Positions 9,416 to 19,618 of a stretch of 64,000 bases of DNA are shown piece after piece (position 1 is the first letter of the stretch; each line of letters begins with the position of its first letter). Origin of the DNA: Thiotrichales bacterium (lineage in GTDB: Bacteria; Pseudomonadota; Gammaproteobacteria; UWMA-0217); assembly GCA_050329935.1 (NCBI GenBank), contig JBHJOI010000079.1, forward strand, positions 5,277 to 69,276, given 5' to 3'. The notes below the pieces were generated by a model. It saw nothing but the letters and a program-made list of their open reading frames with translations, was not told the origin of the DNA and ran no database searches. Both the position numbers and the translations under genes were made by a program.

Positions 9416-10225
9416 ATGCCTTCATCCCACGAATCGACCTCGCAGCCACTCTCCCCCGCTACCATCCGCAGGGTTACGCTGCTGCGACCGTTGCATTGGC
9501 TTCGTCTCGGCTGGCAAGACATGTGGCAGATCGGCTGGCCCAGCATTCTGCACGGCGTTCTGCTCGCAGCGTTCGGACTCTGCATCGTCTCGGTCGCCGC
9601 GGTGCTCTGGTACTTGCTTCCGGGCGCGATCTCCGGATTCCTCCTGATCGGCCCGATCCTCGCGACCGGACTCTATGTGCTCAGCCAGAAGCGCGAACGG
9701 GGCGAGCGAGCGACCTGGCAACACGTCATCGCGGCGTGGCGCTGCGGCGCGTGCAATCTGGTCGGGCTGGGTCTGGTACTGGCGCTGGTCGCCACGCTGT
9801 GGGTGCTCGTTTCCGCGGTGCTGATCGCACTGTTTCTGCAAGATTCGATCAACGGATTCGACGACTTCCTGCGCCACGTCGTGCTCTCCGAGGGCTCGAA
9901 TCTGTTTCCGATCTGGGCCGCGATGGGTGGCGTCGTCGCCGCGCTCGTATTCGCGGCAACCGTGGTCTCGGCGCCCATGCTGCTGGACCGCGACACCGGG
10001 CTACTCTGCGCGGTGGCCACCAGTTTCAACGCGGTGGCCGAAAACCCCGCGCCGATGATTGTCTGGGCCGGTCTGATCATGTTGGCCACCCTGTTTGGTC
10101 TCGCAACCCTGATGCTAGGGTTCATTCTGGTTGTTCCCATCATCGGACACGGGACCTGGCATGCCTACCGCGATCTGGTGGACGCGACGGTTTTGCCCCC
10201 GCGCGTCGGTGTCACGACCCCCTAA
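9416..10225 (+). CDS. DUF2189 family integral membrane protein
   Basis: Starts at the ATG at 9416. Multi-pass membrane protein with LLIGPILATGLY and PMIVWAGLI motifs. Confidence 0.6.
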   Translation: MPSSHESTSQPLSPATIRRVTLLRPLHWLRLGWQDMWQIGWPSILHGVLLAAFGLCIVSVAAVLWYLLPGAISGFLLIGPILATGLYVLSQKRERGERATWQHVIAAWRCGACNLVGLGLVLALVATLWVLVSAVLIALFLQDSINGFDDFLRHVVLSEGSNLFPIWAAMGGVVAALVFAATVVSAPMLLDRDTGLLCAVATSFNAVAENPAPMIVWAGLIMLATLFGLATLMLGFILVVPIIGHGTWHAYRDLVDATVLPPRVGVTTP

Positions 10226-10245
10226 CTCGATAACAATCAACAGCG

Positions 10246-10455
10246 ATGTTTGGCCTTACCGAAGAACAAATCGCCGAGTTCGGTCTAACCTATGGTTTGG
10301 GCGGGTTCATCCTTTTGATGTTGTACATCATCTGGGACCTCGCGAAACAATCCAAGGCCGGAAAGTTCGGCACCTTTGTCCTGTTTTTCGTACTCGCGTT
10401 CGGCATTCTCGGGTTTCTCGCGAAGAACGTGATTCAATGGCTGATGGGGCTATGA
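10246..10455 (+). CDS. DUF2788 family small membrane protein
   Basis: 69 aa with two TM helices and the conserved DLAKQSKAGKFGT core. Confidence 0.65.
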   Translation: MFGLTEEQIAEFGLTYGLGGFILLMLYIIWDLAKQSKAGKFGTFVLFFVLAFGILGFLAKNVIQWLMGL

Positions 10456-10777
10456 CCGCGATGGGGTTCATCGCATCGGCGCCTCGTCCTGGGGCATCCG
10501 GCGCGGAAACGTGATCCCGGAGCCTGTCGCACTCGATCGATTCCATCGAACGACACAAATCCACAACCCATGCACATCAGACGCCTTGCGCTCATCGGCT
10601 ACCTCTCCGCCGTGCAACTCGCACTCGCGGCCGTCGTTGCGAAATCGGACGCATTACCGCGAATACAACGTGCAATCGGAAGATGACGCGATATGGATCA
10701 ACGACCTGCGCGCGTCGCTCGATCCACTGACCGGTGGCTGAACGTACCACCCCCGCGCGATCCGCCTAGGCCCAATC

Positions 10778-13468
10778 TCAGGCCGCCGCGTCGCGCAACT
10801 GCAAACGCAACTCGACCGTTTCGCCGTCGTCCGCCATGCGGTGTTCAAACCCGAACCGCTTGGCGAGCGACAGCATCGCCCGATTGTCCGGCAGGGTTTG
10901 CATGAAGACTTCCCGCGTCCCGCGCAGGCGGCAATAGCGCAGCATTTTGTCCATCAACGCACGACCGAGCTTATGTCCCTTGAGGTCGGAGCGAACCACG
11001 ATCGCGAACTCGGTGCGTACGTTGTCGGGATCGGTCACGGTGCGCACGACGCCGAGCGTCTCGGGCTGACCATGCTCGTTCGGCGCGGTCGCGATGAATG
11101 CCATTTCGCGGTCGTAGTCGATCTGCGTGAAACGCGCCATCTGGGTATGCGGGATCTCGCGCAATAAGCCGAAGAAGCGAAAGCGAATATCCTCGGGCGT
11201 CAATTTCGAGATGAACGTATGGTGCGCGGGTTCGTCCTCGGGTCGAATCGGCCGCAGCATGACCTTGAGCCCGTCCAGCAGGGTCAGCTTCTCTTCGAGT
11301 TGCTTGGGATAGGGACGAATCGCCAATCGATCGTCGCCGGTACGCGCAACGGGTTGCACCCGAATCCGGGCGTCTAATGCCAACACGCCATCCTGGTCCG
11401 CGAACAGCGGGTTGATATCGAGCTCAACGATCTCGGGCAGGTCGACGATCAGCTGCGACACCTGGATCAACGCCAGCTTGACCGCGTCCAGATCCGCCGC
11501 CGGCCGATCACGATAACCCGCTAGCAACCGCGAGACACGGGTGTGTTGAATGACCTCGCTGGCCAGGTTCATATTGAGCGGCGGTAGCGCGACCGCCCGG
11601 TCCTTGATCACTTCGACCGCGACACCGCCTTGTCCGAATAGAATCACGGGTCCGAAAATCGCATCGGTCGCGGCGCCGATGATCAACTCGTGCGCGCCCG
11701 GGCGACGCGCCATTTTCTGTACCGAAAACCCGCGCAACTGCGCGTTCGGATGAATCTCGCGCAATCGGTTCAACATGCCGTGCGCGGCCTTCAGTACTTC
11801 GTCGGGCCCTTCGAGATCGAGCACCACGCCGCCGACGTCCGACTTGTGGATGATGTCCGGCGACAGGATCTTGATCGCGACCGGATAGCCGATCTCGCCC
11901 GCCACCTTGACCGACGCTTCGGGCGACTTGGCAATGTGGGTTTCGACCACGGGAATGCCATAGGCCGCCAGCACCGCCTTGGCTTCCGGTTCGGACAACT
12001 GCTCGCGCCCATCGGCGATCACATTCTCCAACACCAGACGCGCGGTCGTCGTCGCCGGCGTGAACTCGCTCGGCACCGAGGCCGGCGTTTCCATCAACAG
12101 CTCCTGGTTGCGGCGATAACGCACCATGTGCATGAACGCACGCACCGCGCTTTCCGGGGTGTCGTAGGTCGGAATACCAGCGCCGCGAAACATCTCGCGG
12201 GCGATCTTGACCCCTTCCATCCCGAGCCAACAGGTCAGGACGTTGCGCCGCGTGCCCTGCGCCGCGTCGATCACCGCCCGCGCCGACTCGTGGCTCGGTG
12301 CAATCGCGGTCGGACAATGCATGACCAGCAAGGCATCGATCTGGTCGCACTTGAGCAGCGTGGACACGCCATCGGCATAGCGCGAATCGGGCGCGTCACC
12401 AATGATGTCGACCGGGTTCCCGCGCGACCACGAAGCCGGCAGGGCGGCATCGAGCGCGGCCATTGTCTTGTCATTGAATTCGGCCAGCTTGCAGCCGTTC
12501 GCGATCAGATAGTCCACCGCGAGCACGCCGGGACCGCCGCCGTTCGTAAGGATCGCGAGCCGATCGCCCTTGAGCGGACGCGCACGGGCCAGGGTCTCGA
12601 CCGCTTCGAACAATTCGTCGATCTCATAGACGCGCAGCATCCCGGCGCGGGCAAAGGCCGCGTCGTAAACATCGTCCGCGCCGGCGAGCGCGCCGGTGTG
12701 CGAGGCGGCGGCCTTGGCACCCTCGGCGACCCGCCCGGCCTTGATCGCCAGCACCGGCTTGTTGCGCGCCGCGGCGCGCGCGGCCGACATGAACTTACGC
12801 GCGCTCTTGATCGATTCGATGTATAGCAGGATCGCCTCGGTACCCGGATCGGATCCCAGGTAATCCAGCAAATCACCAAAATCCACATCAGCGCTGTCGC
12901 CGAGCGAGACGAAATGCGAAAACCCGATCCCGCGCGATTTGGCCCAATCCATGACCGTGGTGCACAACGCACCCGATTGCGAGAGAAACGCGATCTTGCC
13001 CGGGAGAATACTGGTATGCGCGAAACTCGCGTTGAGACCGATGCCGGGCACGATCAAGCCGAGGCAGTTCGGGCCGAGGATCCGCAGATTGAATGGCTTG
13101 GCCGCGTCCAGCATCGCCTGCTGAAGGGTGCGGCCTTGCGCGTCCACGTGCTGCGACAACGCTGCTGTCATGACGATCGCGGCGCGCGTGCCGCGCTGCC
13201 CCAGTTCCGAGATCAAACCCGGGATCGTATGCGGCGGCGTCGCGATCACCGCGAGCTCGGGCGCGACCGGCAGCGCGGCGATGTCGGCATAGGCCAACAC
13301 GCCCGCGACCGCCTTGTGCCGCGGGTTCACCGGCATCACCGGGCCGGAAAAACCCGCTTCCAGAAGATTCTTCATCACCACTTGCCCGACGCTACGCGGC
13401 GTGTTCGAGGCGCCGATCAAAGCGACCGACTTCGGTCGAAACAGGTAATCCAGGTTCTGCATGCTCAT
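10778..13468 (-). CDS. pat: Bifunctional ADP-forming acetyl-CoA synthetase-like / GNAT protein acetyltransferase (Pat/PatZ family)
   Basis: About 896 aa from the ATG at 13468. N-terminal CoA-binding region (LFRPKSVALIGAS), succinyl-CoA-synthetase-like and ATP-grasp regions, and a C-terminal GNAT domain (..VRSDLKGHKLGRALMDKML..). Confidence 0.85.
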   Translation of the reverse strand: MSMQNLDYLFRPKSVALIGASNTPRSVGQVVMKNLLEAGFSGPVMPVNPRHKAVAGVLAYADIAALPVAPELAVIATPPHTIPGLISELGQRGTRAAIVMTAALSQHVDAQGRTLQQAMLDAAKPFNLRILGPNCLGLIVPGIGLNASFAHTSILPGKIAFLSQSGALCTTVMDWAKSRGIGFSHFVSLGDSADVDFGDLLDYLGSDPGTEAILLYIESIKSARKFMSAARAAARNKPVLAIKAGRVAEGAKAAASHTGALAGADDVYDAAFARAGMLRVYEIDELFEAVETLARARPLKGDRLAILTNGGGPGVLAVDYLIANGCKLAEFNDKTMAALDAALPASWSRGNPVDIIGDAPDSRYADGVSTLLKCDQIDALLVMHCPTAIAPSHESARAVIDAAQGTRRNVLTCWLGMEGVKIAREMFRGAGIPTYDTPESAVRAFMHMVRYRRNQELLMETPASVPSEFTPATTTARLVLENVIADGREQLSEPEAKAVLAAYGIPVVETHIAKSPEASVKVAGEIGYPVAIKILSPDIIHKSDVGGVVLDLEGPDEVLKAAHGMLNRLREIHPNAQLRGFSVQKMARRPGAHELIIGAATDAIFGPVILFGQGGVAVEVIKDRAVALPPLNMNLASEVIQHTRVSRLLAGYRDRPAADLDAVKLALIQVSQLIVDLPEIVELDINPLFADQDGVLALDARIRVQPVARTGDDRLAIRPYPKQLEEKLTLLDGLKVMLRPIRPEDEPAHHTFISKLTPEDIRFRFFGLLREIPHTQMARFTQIDYDREMAFIATAPNEHGQPETLGVVRTVTDPDNVRTEFAIVVRSDLKGHKLGRALMDKMLRYCRLRGTREVFMQTLPDNRAMLSLAKRFGFEHRMADDGETVELRLQLRDAAA

Positions 13469-13844
13469 TTCGCTATCCCGCGCTGCATTTAAAGACATCC
13501 AAGGGAGGGGTGTGATTTGGCGCAGCAGAAAAATCTCTGCCGACGCGGGCGCCCCGGGGCCCCGAATGTGCGGACTGGCGGGCGCCACCGCGGGGGTCAT
13601 GGGGAGACTGAGACACCGATTCATGATACTGGTTAACGTGATGATATATTTGCTGCACTGCAATATAGCGCGATCCCAGGAGAAAAAACCAGAAGGTCAT
13701 CAATTATTCATCCATTCGTTAACCATCGTTTACGGTATGACTTCCGAGTTGAGCACTCGTCGATGGTTCACGAAACCGCCGTACCAGATGGCTTTTCGAT
13801 AACAAGCAAGGCTATGAAATCGCGCCATTTTATAGCGGGATTTC

Positions 13845-13955
13845 GCACGGCCGCACCGAGGTGCCCGTCGAGCCCTCTGGATGGGTTCACGGCGTTTCCC
13901 GCCTACCCTGCCCGGAACGGCTTTCATCCTCACGGGCGGCGATTGATGGAACGCA
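13845..13955 (+). repeat. Interspersed repeat, copy 3 (5'-truncated)
   Basis: Retains GTCGAGCC..GGGTTCACGGCGTTTCCCGCCTACCCTGCCCGGAACGGCTTTCATCCTC but lacks the left arm. Abuts the stop codon of the DUF1460 gene. Confidence 0.65.
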
Positions 13956-13958
13956 TCG

Positions 13959-14888
13959 TCACGACTCGACGCGCCAACGCGCGACAACGATTCCGCCCTG
14001 GGATCGATTGCGATTGAGGTACTCCGCAAGCGGCCAGCGCGAGACGAGGACCCGCCCGAACTCCGACGACGCGTGGAGCAGATAGGCCCGCTCACCACGT
14101 CGCACGATCAGTCCTTGATGGGCGATATCGAGTCCTGGGCGGGTGGATGTGATCGCGACCAGATCGCCGTCGCGCAGTTCCGGCTCGATCTCGGCGACCC
14201 GCGCCTTGGGGATGAACGAGCGTTGGATGCCGCTCAATGCGGCTTCCGCGTTACGAACGGTCGCCAGTGTCGCCGGGTCGGCCAGTGCCGGGTAGTGCGC
14301 CCGATCGCGGGTCATGAATCCGATCGGTTTTGAATAGGTTTCACCGCCGAGCGCGGCGGTGTGGTCCGCAAGCAAACCCAGTCGCTCGCTCTGATCGAGC
14401 CATTCGCTGAAATAGTGCAATCGCGATCCATAGCCCGCCACGCGGCCGTCACGGTAGCGCAAGGCCCTCAGTCGAGCGAGAAAATCCGAATAGTCTGGTT
14501 GGGCTGTATTTTCGGCCGACCAGACGACTGCCGTCGCCAATTCCACCAGCGTCCAGCAATCGAGGCGGTCGAAGCGCACGATCAAATTGAGTTCGCCGGG
14601 ATTTGACTGTAGCGTTCCGGCGTCATAGCGCGTTTGTTCCCAGGCCCGCGCGATCGCGAGCACCGCCGCCGCGCGGTCTCGGTTGTATTGCCGCGCGAGT
14701 CGCCAGGCGTCGTGAAAGGACTGTTCCGCGGTCGCCAAGACCACGCCCGATGGCAGAAGCGCGAACCCGACCACAAGAGAAAGCCAGATTCCGCGCGCGC
14801 CATTTCGGCAAGGTCCAGTTCGGTTCTTACTCAAACGGTCCCGCCGCGCGGATAGCCACTCCGAAATACTCGCCATCATGAAACCCAA
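13959..14888 (-). CDS. DUF1460 (amidase-like) domain protein
   Basis: 309 aa. LHYFSEWLDQ.. and a C-terminal ..GDLVAITSTRPGLDIAHQGLIV.. pattern. N-terminal signal/anchor. Confidence 0.55.
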   Translation of the reverse strand: MGFMMASISEWLSARRDRLSKNRTGPCRNGARGIWLSLVVGFALLPSGVVLATAEQSFHDAWRLARQYNRDRAAAVLAIARAWEQTRYDAGTLQSNPGELNLIVRFDRLDCWTLVELATAVVWSAENTAQPDYSDFLARLRALRYRDGRVAGYGSRLHYFSEWLDQSERLGLLADHTAALGGETYSKPIGFMTRDRAHYPALADPATLATVRNAEAALSGIQRSFIPKARVAEIEPELRDGDLVAITSTRPGLDIAHQGLIVRRGERAYLLHASSEFGRVLVSRWPLAEYLNRNRSQGGIVVARWRVES

Positions 14889-14989
14889 GCACTACCTCCG
14901 AGAACTTGAACCGGACAATCGAACGACCGATGATCGAATACAGCTCCGTTGACGATGCCAACCCAATCAACCACCCGAGCGACCCGATC

Positions 14990-16126
14990 ATGCCACGTCA
15001 CATCGCGCTTCTCTTTGCTGGACTCCTCGGTTTGACCACGTCGGCTTGCGCCGAATCCGTGCCCACCGCCGCACATTCCGTGGACGTCATCACCGTTGCC
15101 GAGGGCCTGGAACATCCCTGGGGTCTCGCGTTCCTGCCCGACGGCCGCATGCTCGTGACCGAGCGCCCAGGGCGGATGCGCGTCGTTTCCCCGGATGGCC
15201 AAATCGATCCGGCCCCAATCGCGGGTCTACCCAAAGTCGACGCGGTCGGACAAGGCGGCTTGATGGACGTGGCGCTGCATCCCAGTTACGCCGAAAACGG
15301 CTGGATTTACTGGAGCTTTGCCCAACGCGACAGCACCGGCGGCAACGGCACCGAACTCGCGCGTGGCAAGCTGGCCGGTGAACCCGGTAGCTACCGGATG
15401 AACGACGTCGAGACTTTGTTCCGCCTAGCGCCCAAATCCGGCGGCGGCGTGCATTTCGGCTCGCGAATCGTGTTTGATCGCGACGGGATGTTGTATCTCA
15501 CGCTCGGCGATCGGGGCGACAAGGACCGTGCGCAGCTTCTGGATGACCACGCGGGCAAGATCGTTCGACTCACTGATCGTGGCGCACCCGCGCCCGGCAA
15601 TCCCTTTCTGAACGATACCCGCGCGCGCCCCGAGGTGTACTCCCTGGGTAACCGCAACGTCCAAGGCGCCGCGCTGCATCCCGAAACCGGCGCGCTGTGG
15701 GCGATCGAACACGGCCCACAAGGCGGCGACGAACTCAATCTGATCCAGGCGGGCGTCAACTACGGCTGGCCAATCATCACCTACGGCGTGAATTATGGGA
15801 TCGGCACTCGCATCGGCGAAGGCACCGAAAAGGCGGGACTGGCGCAACCCGTCAAATACTGGACACCCTCGCCCGCGATCTCGGGTCTGGCTTTTTACAC
15901 GGGTGACAAGTTTCCGGATTGGCAAGGCGACCTGCTCATCGGCGCGCTCAGGGGACAAGCGGTCATCCGGGTTCAACTCGACGGAGACCGATTCATCGCT
16001 GACGAATTCATGCTCCAGGGCGCGGTGCCGCGCATACGCGATGTGCGCGTCGGGCCCGATGGATACGTCTACCTGCTAACCGATCTCGAACACGGCGCGA
16101 TCTTGCGCCTTCAACCGGGTGCCTGA
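14990..16126 (+). CDS. PQQ-dependent soluble sugar (aldose/sorbosone) dehydrogenase, YliI-like
   Basis: Signal peptide followed by LEHPWGLAFLPDGRMLVTERPGRMRVV and GGRIVFDRDG-type beta-propeller motifs. Confidence 0.85.
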   Translation: MPRHIALLFAGLLGLTTSACAESVPTAAHSVDVITVAEGLEHPWGLAFLPDGRMLVTERPGRMRVVSPDGQIDPAPIAGLPKVDAVGQGGLMDVALHPSYAENGWIYWSFAQRDSTGGNGTELARGKLAGEPGSYRMNDVETLFRLAPKSGGGVHFGSRIVFDRDGMLYLTLGDRGDKDRAQLLDDHAGKIVRLTDRGAPAPGNPFLNDTRARPEVYSLGNRNVQGAALHPETGALWAIEHGPQGGDELNLIQAGVNYGWPIITYGVNYGIGTRIGEGTEKAGLAQPVKYWTPSPAISGLAFYTGDKFPDWQGDLLIGALRGQAVIRVQLDGDRFIADEFMLQGAVPRIRDVRVGPDGYVYLLTDLEHGAILRLQPGA

Positions 16127-16293
16127 CCGACGCGGCGGCCAATAGGAACGAACAGGGCTTTCTCGCATTGTCCTGGGCATACCGATGACCGGCGACCGAG
16201 GAGCGTCGGACTGATCGCAAATCGATCGTCGCGCCCATCCCACCTGTACCAAACCCCCTAGAATGGCGGCACTTGCTATAACGCCGCCGACGG

Positions 16294-18480
16294 ATGATCA
16301 CCGCAACCCAGCGCCAGACGACATCGCCTTCGGGTACTCCATCGACCTACGCGCCGGTGGATCATACCGACGTGATCATCTCGGTCGAATTTACCGACGG
16401 ACGCAAACAGCGCGGCCAATTGACCGCCTACGAACCCGAACACAAGCGGCTAGTCTTGCGCAACGCGGACCACAGTATCGTGGCCTCGTTCCGAGAGATC
16501 CGGATCGTAAAGTTCAGTACCGACCTGACCGCGTTGCTAAAACCCGTCGTCGGCGAAACGATCCTGGCCTTTCGGGTCAAGTTTACCGACGGGCATGTCC
16601 GGACGGGGCGTTATCGAACCCTTGTCAAGGACGCGGTTGGACTTCATTTCGCGTGCGTGGCCACGGATGGCGGCACCTATCGCGTATTGATCCCGCATGA
16701 CAACATTTTGCGGTACCAGGCGGGCGACAAGCCAAACGATACGCCTCTATCGATCGAACCGGGCACGCCACCAAACAGCGCGCCCTTGCCGATCGAGCCG
16801 GCCACGACACCAGCGGCGATCGAGCTCGGCGAGGCCCGGGCCGAAATCACCATATTGCGTGCCGATGATCTGCGCAGACTACTGGTTGCACGCGATCCCT
16901 ATTCGACATTGTCGGTGCCCGAGGCACCGATACCAACGCCCGTACCGACGCGGGAAAGTCCACGCGAACTGGCGCGACGGTTTGATGTGCCATTGGTGGA
17001 TCCCCGCCATTTCGAGATTGATCCGCAGGTGCTCGCGGCACTGCCGGAGAGCTTTATCTGCGAACGCCGCGTGCTGCCACTCGCATTTCATGACGATCAC
17101 CTCGTGGTGGCAATGGAGAATCCTGCCGATTCCGAGCTGACCCGGATGGCACAATTCCTATCCGGCAAAAATGTCGAAACCTGCGTGGCCTCGAGCGCGG
17201 ATCTCGAGCTTGCGATCATTCGTCATTTCGGCGCAACCGAGGCCAACAACGCATTGCTGGAGTTGGAAAGCGCGGCCAATGCGCCGGAATTCAGATCAGA
17301 ATCGCACGAGGACCTTGAAAAGCTAGGGCAGGAAAAGCCGATCGTCCGGCTGGTTCACAGCATCCTGGTCGATGCAGTGCGTCGGCGCGCGTCGGATATT
17401 CACATCCGTCCCGGTGAACAAGACGTGGAACTGCTCTACCGCGAAGACGGCACCCTCGTCCAGGCGCGGCGATTCAACAAGGCTTTGCTACCCGCGGTCG
17501 TCGCCCGCATCAAGATCATCGGCAGGATGAACGTGGCGGAGCGCCGATTGCCGCAGGACGGTCGAGCCCGGATCGAAGAGGGCGCGGCGTTCGTCGATTT
17601 CCGAATTTCGATCATTCCGACGATCTCCGGGGAAAGTGTCGTCATACGGCTGCTTAATGCCCAAAAGGCGCTTGCCTCGATCTCCGACCTCGGGTTCACC
17701 GCCGAGGATCAGGCGCGATTCATCGATCTGTTGCACCGAAGCTACGGCATCCTGTTGGTCACCGGCCCCACCGGTTCCGGCAAATCGATGACGTTGTATG
17801 CCGCAATGCAGGAGGTGCGAAAGCAGAACGTCAACATCATCACGGTCGAGGATCCGGTCGAATATCACATGACCGGCGTCGAGCAGGTCCAAGTCAATAC
17901 CGTGCCCGGGTTCACCTTTGCCCGCGCCTTGCGAAACATCCTCCGGCACGACCCCGACGTTATTATGATCGGCGAGATCCGCGACCAGGAAACCGCGAAA
18001 ATCGCAGTTGAAAGCGCCCTCACCGGCCACTTGGTACTCAGCACCTTGCACACCAATGACGCGCCGACGGCCATCACCCGGCTGATTGAAATGGGCGTCG
18101 AGTCGTTCCTGGTCCGATCGTCCGTGTTGGGCGCACTGGCGCAACGCCTGGTACGGCTGAACTGTCCGCATTGTCTGGAACCAGAACCCTCCGATCCAAT
18201 GCAGCGCAAGTTTCTGGGCGTGTCGACGGACGAGGTGTTCTACCACGGTCGCGGCTGCGATGAGTGCAACGACACTGGATTCAAGGGACGCCGCGCGGTT
18301 TACGAACTTTTGATCATGACACCGACGCTACGTGACATGATTTCCGACGACACGCCGGCGGATCATATTCGGCGCGCGGCGCTGACTGCGGGCATGCAAC
18401 CCCTGACCGGAAACGCCTTGGCGTTGGCCCGAGAACGACGGATTTCGTTGGCCGAAGTTTACCGGGTGCGATTAGAGTAG
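16294..18480 (+). CDS. GspE/PilB-family secretion ATPase with an atypical N-terminal extension
   Basis: A T2SSE_N-like segment (LVDPRHFEIDPQVLAALPE..HLVVAMENPAD), Walker A GPTGSGKS, Asp/His boxes and a tetracysteine CPHC..CDEC. The first ~200 aa are not recognisable. Confidence 0.85.
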   Translation: MITATQRQTTSPSGTPSTYAPVDHTDVIISVEFTDGRKQRGQLTAYEPEHKRLVLRNADHSIVASFREIRIVKFSTDLTALLKPVVGETILAFRVKFTDGHVRTGRYRTLVKDAVGLHFACVATDGGTYRVLIPHDNILRYQAGDKPNDTPLSIEPGTPPNSAPLPIEPATTPAAIELGEARAEITILRADDLRRLLVARDPYSTLSVPEAPIPTPVPTRESPRELARRFDVPLVDPRHFEIDPQVLAALPESFICERRVLPLAFHDDHLVVAMENPADSELTRMAQFLSGKNVETCVASSADLELAIIRHFGATEANNALLELESAANAPEFRSESHEDLEKLGQEKPIVRLVHSILVDAVRRRASDIHIRPGEQDVELLYREDGTLVQARRFNKALLPAVVARIKIIGRMNVAERRLPQDGRARIEEGAAFVDFRISIIPTISGESVVIRLLNAQKALASISDLGFTAEDQARFIDLLHRSYGILLVTGPTGSGKSMTLYAAMQEVRKQNVNIITVEDPVEYHMTGVEQVQVNTVPGFTFARALRNILRHDPDVIMIGEIRDQETAKIAVESALTGHLVLSTLHTNDAPTAITRLIEMGVESFLVRSSVLGALAQRLVRLNCPHCLEPEPSDPMQRKFLGVSTDEVFYHGRGCDECNDTGFKGRRAVYELLIMTPTLRDMISDDTPADHIRRAALTAGMQPLTGNALALARERRISLAEVYRVRLE

Positions 18481-18639
18481 ACGCACAGCTCGCACGCTGA
18501 TTCGCGCCAGGCTTTCATGACCCGGACACGGAATCCGCTTCGGGCCGGGTATGCGAGCGGGGCCGGGAATCTAGGTACTCGGCGAGCGCAACACGCGATC
18601 TCACACATTCATCGCTCAAGCGTGGCCAGTATGCGCCGA

Positions 18640-19596
18640 CTAGGATTCAGACGGAGCGCTCGCGGCAAGCACGACGGTCGCCGGCAACTGATCGCCGGAG
18701 GGCGAAAGCTGCACCGAGCCTGTCCGCGAAGACCGTGGAAAATCCAGCGCATCGGTCGCGACGTACACAACCTCGGTGCCTAGCGTTCCGTCCGGATACA
18801 GATCGATGCTTCGGTAGGCCGGTGGAAAGGTATCGTAGGCGTGATCCGGGCGATTCGAGACGAATTGTACGCAGGTTGACGGCGTGCCGAGCATGCGCAA
18901 ACGACCGTGCACGACATCGACCGCCTGATGAACGTGACCAAAAACCGCGCCTTGAACCTGGGGAAACGCGGCCAACCGGGCGAACAATTCCTGGCGGTTG
19001 GCCAGACCGATTCGATCGATCCAGGCACTGCCGATCGCAATTGGCTGGTGATGCAAAAACAACAGCGCGGGCAGATCGGGGTACTGCCGCAGCAGAGACG
19101 CCGCTCGTTCCATTTCCGTCTCGGGTATTCGACCAGCCGGCAAGCCAGGGTCAACCGAGTTCAGAAACAACAATAACCAACCACCAAGGATCACGTGTTT
19201 AGCGATGGACACTTCTCCGGTCGCGAGCGCCGCGAGCATCACCGGAACATCGTCATGGTTTCCCGGCAGACAAAATACGGGCAGCCCAGTGCTCGCCATG
19301 ATCCACGCGAATCGCCGATAGGTCTGCACCGTTGGCTCTTGCGCAATGTCGCCTGTGACGATGATCGCGTCGACATGCGCCTCTTGCGCGCGGATTCGGT
19401 CCAGCACGCGCGCCAGCGTCCGATCCGTATTGATTTCTCGACAATCGTCATGCCAATCGAGTTGCCCGTGTTCATGTTCGAACAGGTGCAAATCCGTAAT
19501 TTGGACGATTCGTGGCGCGGACGGGCGTGAAGGCACGAGTTCATGACCTCCTGATGTTGTCGGTACCCGCACTGTAACCGGGTTGTATGACGACAC
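18640..19596 (-). CDS. cpdA: Metallophosphoesterase, 3',5'-cyclic-nucleotide phosphodiesterase CpdA-like
   Basis: Calcineurin-like phosphoesterase motifs: IVQITDLHL, VTGDIAQ, LPGNHD, LFLHH, GHVH. GTG start assumed at 19596; the long N-terminal extension of the track ORF overlaps the next gene. Confidence 0.75.
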   Translation of the reverse strand: MSSYNPVTVRVPTTSGGHELVPSRPSAPRIVQITDLHLFEHEHGQLDWHDDCREINTDRTLARVLDRIRAQEAHVDAIIVTGDIAQEPTVQTYRRFAWIMASTGLPVFCLPGNHDDVPVMLAALATGEVSIAKHVILGGWLLLFLNSVDPGLPAGRIPETEMERAASLLRQYPDLPALLFLHHQPIAIGSAWIDRIGLANRQELFARLAAFPQVQGAVFGHVHQAVDVVHGRLRMLGTPSTCVQFVSNRPDHAYDTFPPAYRSIDLYPDGTLGTEVVYVATDALDFPRSSRTGSVQLSPSGDQLPATVVLAASAPSES

Positions 19597-19618
19597 AATT
19601 AACCGCCCTCGGCCTGGG

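Noticed and set aside
10570-10741. A 38-codon ORF with a signal-peptide-like start (MHIRRLALIGYLSAVQLALAAVVA..), followed in another frame by ..DDAIWINDLRASLDPLTGG. Possibly a frameshifted small secreted protein.
   Set aside because: There is no RBS and no recognisable family, and the two pieces cannot be joined without assuming a frameshift. It cannot be supported from the sequence alone.
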